Part shown: piece after piece, positions 39,581-49,925 of the stretch
Position numbering within the stretch: the first letter of the stretch is position 1
Layout: each line of letters begins with the position of its first letter
From: Escherichia coli
GTDB lineage: Bacteria; Pseudomonadota; Gammaproteobacteria; Enterobacterales; Enterobacteriaceae
DNA length: 64,000 bases
Strand: one strand, 5' to 3'
Assembly: GCF_016903815.1 (NCBI RefSeq)
Contig: NZ_CP069973.1
Position numbers and translations under genes: made by a program
Notes under the pieces: model-generated
What the model saw: the letters and a program-made list of their open reading frames with translations, nothing else
Databases searched by the model: none
Told to the model about the DNA's origin: nothing

Positions 39581-40510
39581 ATGACGCAATTTGCATTTGT
39601 GTTCCCTGGACAGGGTTCTCAAACCGTTGGAATGCTGGCTGATATGGCGGCGAGCTATCCAATTGTCGAAGAAACGTTTGCTGAAGCTTCTGCGGCGCTG
39701 GGCTACGACCTGTGGGCGCTGACCCAGCAGGGGCCAGCTGAAGAACTGAATAAAACCTGGCAAACCCAGCCAGCGCTGTTGACTGCATCTGTTGCGCTGT
39801 ACCGCGCATGGCAGCAGCAGGGCGGTAAAGCACCGGCATTGATGGCCGGTCACAGCCTGGGGGAATACTCCGCGCTGGTTTGCGCTGGTGTGATTGATTT
39901 CGCTGATGCGGTGCGTCTGGTTGAGATGCGCGGCAAGTTCATGCAAGAAGCCGTACCGGAAGGCACGGGCGCTATGGCGGCAATCATCGGTCTGGATGAT
40001 GCGTCTATTGCGAAAGCGTGTGAAGAAGCTGCAGAAGGTCAGGTCGTTTCTCCGGTAAACTTTAACTCTCCGGGACAGGTGGTTATTGCCGGTCATAAAG
40101 AAGCAGTTGAGCGTGCTGGCGCTGCCTGTAAAGCTGCGGGCGCAAAACGCGCTCTGCCGTTACCAGTGAGCGTACCGTCTCACTGTGCGCTGATGAAACC
40201 AGCAGCCGACAAACTGGCAGTAGAATTAGCGAAAATCACCTTTAACGCACCAACAGTTCCTGTTGTGAATAACGTTGATGTGAAATGCGAAACCAATGGT
40301 GATGCCATCCGTGACGCACTGGTACGTCAGTTGTATAACCCGGTTCAGTGGACGAAGTCTGTTGAATACATGGCAGCGCAAGGCGTAGAACATCTCTATG
40401 AAGTCGGCCCGGGCAAAGTGCTTACTGGCCTGACGAAACGCATTGTCGACACCCTGACCGCCTCGGCGCTGAACGAACCTTCAGCGATGGCAGCGGCGCT
40501 CGAGCTTTAA
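39581..40510 (+). CDS. fabD: Malonyl-CoA:ACP transacylase FabD
   Basis: 309-aa protein with GHSLGE active-site motif. Confidence 0.96.
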   Translation: MTQFAFVFPGQGSQTVGMLADMAASYPIVEETFAEASAALGYDLWALTQQGPAEELNKTWQTQPALLTASVALYRAWQQQGGKAPALMAGHSLGEYSALVCAGVIDFADAVRLVEMRGKFMQEAVPEGTGAMAAIIGLDDASIAKACEEAAEGQVVSPVNFNSPGQVVIAGHKEAVERAGAACKAAGAKRALPLPVSVPSHCALMKPAADKLAVELAKITFNAPTVPVVNNVDVKCETNGDAIRDALVRQLYNPVQWTKSVEYMAAQGVEHLYEVGPGKVLTGLTKRIVDTLTASALNEPSAMAAALEL

Positions 40511-40522
40511 AAGAGGAAAATC

Positions 40523-41257
40523 ATGAGTTTTGAAGGAAAAATCGCACTGGTAACCGGTGCAAGCCGCGGAATTGGCCGCGCAATTGCTGAAACGCTCGCA
40601 GCCCGTGGCGCGAAAGTTATTGGCACTGCGACCAGTGAAAATGGCGCTCAGGCGATCAGTGATTATTTAGGTGCCAACGGCAAAGGTCTGATGTTGAATG
40701 TGACCGACCCGGCATCTATCGAATCTGTTCTGGAAAAAATTCGCGCAGAATTTGGTGAAGTGGATATCCTGGTCAATAATGCCGGTATCACTCGTGATAA
40801 CCTGTTAATGCGAATGAAAGATGAAGAGTGGAACGATATTATCGAAACCAACCTTTCATCTGTTTTCCGTCTGTCAAAAGCGGTAATGCGCGCTATGATG
40901 AAAAAGCGTCATGGTCGTATTATCACTATCGGTTCTGTGGTTGGTACCATGGGAAATGGCGGTCAGGCCAACTACGCTGCGGCGAAAGCGGGCTTGATCG
41001 GCTTCAGTAAATCACTGGCGCGCGAAGTTGCGTCACGCGGTATTACTGTAAACGTTGTTGCTCCGGGCTTTATTGAAACGGACATGACACGTGCGCTGAG
41101 CGATGACCAGCGTGCGGGTATCCTGGCGCAGGTTCCTGCGGGTCGCCTCGGCGGCGCACAGGAAATCGCCAACGCGGTTGCATTCCTGGCATCCGACGAA
41201 GCAGCTTACATCACGGGTGAAACTTTGCATGTGAACGGCGGGATGTACATGGTCTGA
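40523..41257 (+). CDS. fabG: 3-oxoacyl-ACP reductase FabG
   Basis: 244-aa SDR protein (TGASRGIGRAIA, YAAAKAG). Confidence 0.96.
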   Translation: MSFEGKIALVTGASRGIGRAIAETLAARGAKVIGTATSENGAQAISDYLGANGKGLMLNVTDPASIESVLEKIRAEFGEVDILVNNAGITRDNLLMRMKDEEWNDIIETNLSSVFRLSKAVMRAMMKKRHGRIITIGSVVGTMGNGGQANYAAAKAGLIGFSKSLAREVASRGITVNVVAPGFIETDMTRALSDDQRAGILAQVPAGRLGGAQEIANAVAFLASDEAAYITGETLHVNGGMYMV

Positions 41258-41467
41258 CCGCGATTTGCACAAAATGCTCATGTTGCGCGCAGTCTGCGTG
41301 GTTATGAGTAATAATTAGTGCAAAATGATTTGCGTTATTGGGGGGTAAGGCCTCAAAATAACGTAAAATCGTGGTAAGACCTGCCGGGATTTAGTTGCAA
41401 ATTTTTCAACATTTTATACACTACGAAAACCATCGCGAAAGCGAGTTTTGATAGGAAATTTAAGAGT

Positions 41468-41704
41468 ATGAGCACTATCGAAGAACGCGTTAAGAAAATT
41501 ATCGGCGAACAGCTGGGCGTTAAGCAGGAAGAAGTTACCAACAATGCTTCTTTCGTTGAAGACCTGGGCGCGGATTCTCTTGACACCGTTGAGCTGGTAA
41601 TGGCTCTGGAAGAAGAGTTTGATACTGAGATTCCGGACGAAGAAGCTGAGAAAATCACCACCGTTCAGGCTGCCATTGATTACATCAACGGCCACCAGGC
41701 GTAA
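41468..41704 (+). CDS. acpP: Acyl carrier protein
   Basis: 78-aa protein with phosphopantetheine attachment motif [13 protein letters not shown]. Confidence 0.97.
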
Positions 41705-41761
41705 GTGAACATCTCCAGGCGGTCGTTCGACCGCCTGAGTTTTATCTTTTTGTCCCACTAG

Positions 41762-43033
<1,272 letters not shown>

Positions 43034-43057
43034 GTTGTCATTTCCCACCCTTATAAA

Positions 43058-43080
43058 AGGTCCGCTTGCGGGCCTTTTTT
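43058..43080 (+). terminator. Rho-independent terminator of the acpP-fabF transcript
   Basis: aggtccgc-ttg-cgggcct hairpin followed by TTTTTT, 25 bp after the fabF stop. Confidence 0.7.
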
Positions 43081-43081
43081 C

Positions 43082-43794
43082 TTGTGCACAGAAAACCCCC
43101 AGCTAGGCTGGGGGTTCCGGAAAGCTTTCAGCTTTAAGCCAGTTATTAAAACCCCTTTTGATTTGTTAAAACACCTTGCGGTCTGGCAACTGCAAGTGTC
43201 AAACAAGAAATCAAAAGGGGGTCCCAATGGGGAACGAAAAGAGCTTAGCGCACACCCGATGGAACTGTAAATATCACATAGTTTTTGCGCCAAAATACCG
43301 AAGACAGGTGTTCTACAGAGAGAAGCGTAGAGCAATAGGCAGTATTTTGAGAAAGCTGTGTGAGTGGAAAAGTGTACGGATTCTGGAAGCTGAATGCTGT
43401 GCAGATCATATCCATATGCTTGTGGAGATCCCGCCCAAAATGAGCGTATCCGGCTTTATGGGATATCTGAAAGGGAAAAGCAGTCTGATGCTTTACGAGC
43501 AGTTTGGTGATTTGAAATTCAAATACAGGAACAGGGAGTTCTGGTGCAGAGGGTACTACGTCGATACGGTGGGTAAGAACACGGCGAAGATACAGGATTA
43601 CATAAAGCACCAGCTTGAAGAGGATAAAATGGGAGAGCAGTTATCGATTCCCTATCCGGGCAGCCCGTTTACGGGCCGTAAGTAACGAAGTTGGATGCAA
43701 ATGTCAGATCGTGTGCGCCTGTTAGGGCGCGGCTGGTAAGAGAGCCTTATAGGCGCATTTGAAAAACCTCCGGCTATGCCGGAGGATATTTATT
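43082..43794 (+). mobile_element. IS200 (IS200/IS605 family) insertion sequence, copy 1
   Basis: About 713 bp that is apparently identical to 59980..60692 (ORF-track translations identical on both strands); encodes an HuH Y1 transposase; left-end hairpin cccccag-ctagg-ctggggg (43096..43114) and right-end hairpin cctccggc-tat-gccggagg; boundaries set by where the two copies diverge, plus or minus a few bp. Confidence 0.9.
43227..43685 (+). CDS. tnpA: IS200 transposase TnpA (HuH Y1 family)
   Basis: 152-aa protein MGNEKSLAHTRWNCKYHIVFAPKYRR...ADHIHMLVEIP...; HxH motif and Tyr-containing C-terminal region; closely matches Salmonella IS200 TnpA from memory. Confidence 0.9.
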   Translation: MGNEKSLAHTRWNCKYHIVFAPKYRRQVFYREKRRAIGSILRKLCEWKSVRILEAECCADHIHMLVEIPPKMSVSGFMGYLKGKSSLMLYEQFGDLKFKYRNREFWCRGYYVDTVGKNTAKIQDYIKHQLEEDKMGEQLSIPYPGSPFTGRK

Positions 43795-43863
43795 AGCTTT
43801 TATTCTGACTTGTTCCGTAGTGAACATGCTGCCACACTAACAATTCTCTGATAAGGAGCCGGT

Positions 43864-44673
43864 ATGTTCTTAATTAACGGTCATAAGCAGGAATCGCTGG
43901 CAGTAAGCGATCGGGCAACGCAGTTTGGTGATGGTTGTTTTACCACCGCCAGAGTTATCGACGGTAAAGTCAGTTTGTTATCGGCGCATATCCAGCGACT
44001 ACAGGATGCTTGTCAGCGGTTGATGATTTCCTGTGACTTCTGGCCTCAGCTTGAACTAGAGATGAAAACGCTGGCAGCAGAACAGCAAAATGGTGTGCTG
44101 AAAGTGGTGATCAGTCGCGGTAGTGGCGGGCGAGGATACAGCACATTGAACAGCGGACCGGCAACGCGGATTCTCTCCGTTACGGTTTATCCCGCACATT
44201 ACGACCGTTTGCGTAACGAGGGGATGACGTTGGCGCTAAGCCCGGTGCGGCTGGGGCGCAATCCTCATCTTGCAGGTATTAAACATCTTAATCGGCTTGA
44301 GCAAGTATTGATCCGCTCTCATCTTGAGCAGACAAACGCTGATGAGGCGCTGGTCCTTGACAGCGAAGGGTGGGTTACGGAATGCTGTGCGGCTAATTTG
44401 TTCTGGCGGAAGGGCAACGTAGTTTATACGCCGCGACTGGATCAGGCAGGTGTTAACGGCATTATGCGACAATTCTGTATCCGTTTACTGGCACAATCCT
44501 CTTATCAGCTTGTCGAAGTGCAAGCCTCGCTGGAGGAGGCGTTGCAGGCAGATGAGATGGTTATTTGTAATGCGTTAATGCCAGTGATACCCGTACGTGC
44601 CTGTGGCGATGTCTCCTTTTCGTCAGCAACGTTATATGAATATTTAGCCCCACTTTGTGAGCGCCCGAATTAG
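43864..44673 (+). CDS. pabC: Aminodeoxychorismate lyase PabC
   Basis: 269-aa protein matching PabC. Confidence 0.93.
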   Translation: MFLINGHKQESLAVSDRATQFGDGCFTTARVIDGKVSLLSAHIQRLQDACQRLMISCDFWPQLELEMKTLAAEQQNGVLKVVISRGSGGRGYSTLNSGPATRILSVTVYPAHYDRLRNEGMTLALSPVRLGRNPHLAGIKHLNRLEQVLIRSHLEQTNADEALVLDSEGWVTECCAANLFWRKGNVVYTPRLDQAGVNGIMRQFCIRLLAQSSYQLVEVQASLEEALQADEMVICNALMPVIPVRACGDVSFSSATLYEYLAPLCERPN

Positions 44674-44675
44674 TC

Positions 44676-45698
44676 ATGAAAAAAGTGTTATTGATTATCT
44701 TGTTATTGCTGGTGGTACTGGGTATCGCCGCTGGTGTGGGCGTCTGGAAGGTTCGCCATCTTGCCGACAGCAAATTGCTTATCAAAGAAGAGACGATATT
44801 TACCCTGAAGCCAGGGACCGGACGTCTGGCGCTCGGTGAACAGCTTTATGCCGATAAGATCATCAATCGCCCACGGGTTTTCCAATGGCTGCTGCGTATC
44901 GAACCGGATCTTTCTCACTTTAAAGCCGGGACTTACCGCTTTACACCGCAGATGACCGTGCGCGAGATGCTGAAATTGCTGGAAAGCGGTAAAGAAGCAC
45001 AGTTCCCTCTGCGACTGGTAGAAGGGATGCGTCTGAGCGATTACCTCAAGCAATTGCGTGAGGCCCCGTATATCAAGCACACGCTGAGCGACGATAAGTA
45101 CGCCACCGTAGCGCAGGCACTTGAACTGGAAAACCCGGAGTGGATTGAAGGTTGGTTCTGGCCAGACACCTGGATGTATACCGCCAATACCACCGATGTC
45201 GCGTTACTCAAGCGAGCGCACAAGAAAATGGTGAAAGCGGTCGATAGCGCCTGGGAAGGGCGTGCGGACGGTCTGCCCTATAAAGATAAAAACCAGCTGG
45301 TGACGATGGCATCAATTATCGAAAAAGAAACCGCCGTTGCCAGTGAACGCGATCAGGTTGCCTCGGTATTTATCAACCGGTTACGCATTGGTATGCGCCT
45401 GCAGACCGACCCGACCGTGATTTACGGGATGGGAGAGCGTTATAATGGCAAACTTTCTCGTGCAGACCTGGAAACGCCGACAGCGTATAACACCTATACC
45501 ATTACCGGTTTGCCGCCAGGTGCAATAGCTACGCCGGGGGCGGATTCGCTGAAGGCTGCTGCGCATCCGGCAAAAACGCCGTATCTCTATTTTGTGGCCG
45601 ATGGTAAAGGTGGTCACACGTTTAATACCAATCTTGCCAGTCATAACAAGTCTGTGCAGGATTATCTGAAAGTGCTTAAGGAAAAAAATGCGCAGTAA
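44676..45698 (+). CDS. mltG: Endolytic murein transglycosylase MltG (YceG)
   Basis: 340-aa protein with N-terminal membrane anchor, matching YceG/MltG. Confidence 0.93.
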
Positions 45699-46329
45699 GT
45701 ATATCGTCATTGAGGGGCTGGAAGGCGCAGGCAAAACTACCGCGCGTAACGTGGTGGTTGAGACGCTCGAGCAACTGGGTATCCGCGACATGGTTTTCAC
45801 TCGGGAACCTGGCGGTACGCAACTTGCCGAAAAGTTAAGAAGCCTGGTACTGGATATCAAATCGGTAGGCGATGAAGTCATTACCGATAAAGCCGAAGTT
45901 CTGATGTTTTATGCCGCGCGCGTTCAACTGGTAGAAACGGTCATCAAACCTGCGCTGGCTAACGGCACCTGGGTGATTGGCGATCGCCACGATCTCTCCA
46001 CTCAGGCGTATCAGGGCGGCGGACGTGGTATTGACCAACATATGCTGGCAACACTGCGTGATGCTGTTCTCGGGGATTTTCGCCCCGACTTAACGCTCTA
46101 TCTCGATGTTACCCCGGAAGTTGGCTTAAAACGCGCGCGTGCGCGCGGCGAGCTGGATCGTATTGAGCAAGAGTCTTTCGATTTCTTTAATCGCACCCGC
46201 GCCCGCTATCTGGAACTGGCAGCACAAGATAAAAGCATTCATACCATTGATGCCACCCAGCCGCTGGAGTCCGTGATGGATGCAATCCGCACTACCGTGA
46301 CCAATTGGGTGAAGGAGTTGGACGCATGA
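45688..46329 (+). CDS. tmk: Thymidylate kinase
   Basis: 213-aa protein with P-loop GLEGAGKTT. Confidence 0.95.
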
Positions 46330-47330
46330 GATGGTATCCATGGTTACGACCTGATTTCGAAAAACTGGTAGCCAGCTATCAGGCCGGAAGAGGTCACCAT
46401 GCGCTGCTCATTCAGGCGTTACCGGGCATGGGCGATGATGCTTTAATCTACGCCCTGAGCCGTTATTTACTCTGCCAACAACCGCAGGGCCACAAAAGTT
46501 GCGGTCACTGTCGTGGATGTCAGTTGATGCAGGCTGGCACGCATCCCGATTATTACACCCTGGCTCCCGAAAAAGGGAAAAATACGCTGGGCATTGATGC
46601 GGTACGTGAGGTCACTGAAAAACTGAATGAGCACGCCCGCTTAGGTGGTGCGAAAGTTGTCTGGGTAACCGATGCTGCCTTACTGACCGACGCCGCGGCT
46701 AACGCATTGCTGAAAACGCTTGAAGAGCCACCAGCAGAAACCTGGTTTTTCCTGGCTACCCGCGAGCCTGAACGTTTACTGGCAACATTACGTAGTCGTT
46801 GTCGGTTACATTACCTTGCGCCGCCGCCGGAACAGTACGCCGTGACCTGGCTTTCACGCGAAGTGACAATGTCACAGGATGCATTACTTGCCGCATTGCG
46901 CTTAAGCGCCGGTTCGCCTGGCGCGGCACTGGCGTTGTTTCAGGGAGATAACTGGCAGGCTCGTGAAACATTGTGTCAGGCGTTGGCATATAGCGTGCCA
47001 TCGGGCGACTGGTATTCGCTGCTAGCGGCCCTTAATCATGAACAAGCTCCGGCGCGTTTACACTGGCTGGCAACGTTGCTGATGGATGCGCTAAAACGCC
47101 ATCATGGCGCTGCGCAGGTGACCAATGTTGATGTGCCGGGACTGGTCGTCGAACTGGCAAACCATCTTTCTCCCTCGCGCCTGCAGGCTATACTGGGGGA
47201 TGTTTGCCACATTCGTGAACAGTTAATGTCTGTCACAGGCATCAACCGCGAGCTTCTCATCACCGATCTTTTACTGCGTATTGAGCATTACCTGCAACCG
47301 GGCGTTGTGCTACCGGTTCCTCATCTTTAA
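46326..47330 (+). CDS. holB: DNA polymerase III delta' subunit HolB
   Basis: 334-aa protein from [14 protein letters not shown]...; ATGA overlap with the tmk stop. Confidence 0.93.
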
Positions 47331-47340
47331 GAGAGACATC

Positions 47341-48138
47341 ATGTTTTTAGTCGACTCACACTGCCATCTCGATGGTCTGGATTATGAATCTTTGCATAAG
47401 GACGTGGATGACGTTCTGGCGAAAGCCGCCGCACGCGATGTGAAATTTTGTCTGGCAGTCGCCACAACATTACCAGGTTATTTACATATGCGGGATCTGG
47501 TAGGCGAACGTGACAACGTCGTATTTTCTTGTGGCGTGCATCCACTCAACCAGAATGATCCCTACGATGTAGAAGATTTACGCCGTCTGGCGGCAGAAGA
47601 GGGTGTTGTAGCGCTGGGTGAAACCGGTCTGGATTATTATTACACACCGGAAACTAAAGTACGTCAGCAAGAGTCCTTCATTCATCATATCCAGATTGGT
47701 CGTGAACTGAACAAGCCGGTTATCGTCCATACCCGTGACGCCCGCGCCGATACGCTGGCAATTCTGCGCGAAGAAAAAGTGACGGATTGCGGTGGCGTAC
47801 TACACTGTTTTACAGAGGACAGAGAAACGGCGGGTAAATTACTGGATCTCGGATTTTACATCTCCTTTTCCGGCATTGTGACCTTCCGTAATGCGGAGCA
47901 ACTGCGCGATGCTGCGCGTTATGTCCCCCTGGATCGGTTACTGGTAGAAACTGACTCACCTTACCTTGCACCGGTTCCGCATCGAGGAAAAGAGAATCAA
48001 CCTGCGATGGTTCGTGACGTTGCAGAATACATGGCTGTGTTGAAAGGTGTTGCCGTTGAAGAACTGGCGCAGGTAACCACCGATAACTTCGCCCGTCTGT
48101 TTCACATCGACGCTTCCCGCCTTCAATCCATCCGTTGA
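47341..48138 (+). CDS. ycfH: TatD-family metal-dependent nuclease YcfH
   Basis: 265-aa protein from [16 protein letters not shown]... Confidence 0.92.
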
Positions 48139-48312
48139 ATGAGTTTTTTTAAAGCTCGTAATTAATGGCTAAAACGAGTAAAGTTCACCGCCGAAAATTG
48201 GGCGGTGAATAACCACGTTTGAAATATTGTGACATATGTTTTGTCAAAATGTGCAACTTCTCCAATGATCTGAAGTTGAAACGTGATAGCCGTCAAACAA
48301 ATTGGCACTGAA

Positions 48313-48338
48313 TTATTTTACTCTGTGTAATAAATAAA
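48313..48338 (+). promoter_or_regulatory. Candidate Mlc operator in the ptsG promoter region
   Basis: AT-rich inverted repeat TTATTTTACTCTGTGTAATAAATAA about 100 bp upstream of the ptsG ATG; ptsG is a known Mlc target. Confidence 0.4.
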
Positions 48339-48393
48339 GGGCGCTTAGATGCCCTGTACACGGCGAGGCTCTCCCCCCTTGCCACGCGTGAGA

Positions 48394-48432
48394 ACGTAAA
48401 AAAAGCACCCATACTCAGGAGCACTCTCAATT
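48394..48432 (+). promoter_or_regulatory. ptsG 5' UTR / ribosome-binding region, the site paired by the sRNA SgrS
   Basis: aaagcacccatactcaggagcactctcaatt immediately upstream of the ptsG ATG, recalled as the SgrS pairing region. Confidence 0.5.
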
Positions 48433-49866
48433 ATGTTTAAGAATGCATTTGCTAACCTGCAAAAGGTCGGTAAATCGCTGATGCTGCCGGTATCCGTACT
48501 GCCTATCGCAGGTATTCTGCTGGGCGTCGGTTCCGCGAATTTCAGCTGGCTGCCCGCCGTTGTATCGCATGTTATGGCAGAAGCAGGCGGTTCCGTCTTT
48601 GCAAACATGCCACTGATTTTTGCGATCGGTGTCGCCCTCGGCTTTACCAATAACGATGGCGTATCCGCGCTGGCCGCAGTTGTTGCCTATGGCATCATGG
48701 TTAAAACCATGGCCGTGGTTGCGCCACTGGTACTGCATTTACCTGCTGAAGAAATCGCCTCTAAACACCTGGCGGATACTGGCGTACTCGGAGGGATTAT
48801 CTCCGGTGCGATTGCAGCGTATATGTTTAACCGTTTCTACCGTATTAAGCTGCCTGAGTATCTTGGCTTCTTTGCCGGTAAACGCTTTGTGCCGATCATT
48901 TCTGGCCTGGCTGCCATCTTTACTGGCGTTGTGCTGTCCTTCATTTGGCCGCCGATTGGTTCTGCAATCCAGACCTTCTCTCAGTGGGCTGCTTACCAGA
49001 ACCCGGTAGTTGCGTTTGGCATTTACGGTTTCATCGAACGTTGCCTGGTACCGTTTGGTCTGCACCACATCTGGAACGTACCTTTCCAGATGCAAATTGG
49101 TGAATACACCAACGCAGCAGGTCAGGTTTTCCACGGCGACATTCCGCGTTATATGGCGGGTGACCCGACTGCGGGTAAACTGTCTGGTGGCTTCCTGTTC
49201 AAAATGTACGGTCTGCCAGCTGCCGCAATTGCTATCTGGCACTCTGCTAAACCAGAAAACCGCGCGAAAGTGGGCGGTATTATGATCTCCGCGGCGCTGA
49301 CCTCGTTCCTGACCGGTATCACCGAGCCGATCGAGTTCTCCTTCATGTTCGTTGCGCCGATCCTGTACATCATCCACGCGATTCTGGCAGGCCTGGCATT
49401 CCCAATCTGTATTCTTCTGGGGATGCGTGACGGTACGTCGTTCTCGCACGGTCTGATCGACTTCATCGTTCTGTCTGGTAACAGCAGCAAACTGTGGCTG
49501 TTCCCGATCGTCGGTATCGGTTATGCGATTGTTTACTACACCATCTTCCGCGTGCTGATTAAAGCACTGGATCTGAAAACGCCGGGTCGTGAAGACGCGA
49601 CTGAAGATGCAAAAGCGACAGGTACCAGCGAAATGGCACCGGCTCTGGTTGCTGCATTTGGTGGTAAAGAAAACATTACTAACCTCGACGCATGTATTAC
49701 CCGTCTGCGCGTCAGCGTTGCTGATGTGTCTAAAGTGGATCAGGCTGGCCTGAAGAAACTGGGCGCAGCGGGCGTAGTGGTTGCTGGTTCTGGTGTTCAG
49801 GCGATTTTCGGTACTAAATCCGATAACCTGAAAACCGAGATGGATGAGTACATCCGTAACCACTAA
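48433..49866 (+). CDS. ptsG: Glucose-specific PTS enzyme IICB
   Basis: 477-aa protein with IIC membrane domain and C-terminal IIB domain. Confidence 0.97.
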
Positions 49867-49925
49867 TCCGTAAGACGTTGGGGAGACTAAGGCAGCCGGA
49901 TGGCTGCCTTTTTTACAGGTGTTAT

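Noticed and set aside
39215-40096. 293-aa minus-strand ORF
   Set aside because: Antisense to the fabH/fabD junction; Arg-, Gln- and Cys-rich with no domain; both sense-strand genes are certain.
43245-43610. 121-aa ORF antisense to tnpA inside IS200 (identical copy at 60143..60508)
   Set aside because: No recognisable protein features and fully nested antisense to the conserved transposase gene; more likely a chance open frame. An antisense RNA role cannot be excluded, but there is no sequence evidence for a protein.
48739-49863. 374-aa minus-strand ORF
   Set aside because: Lies entirely antisense to ptsG, which is unambiguous; the composition is not protein-like.
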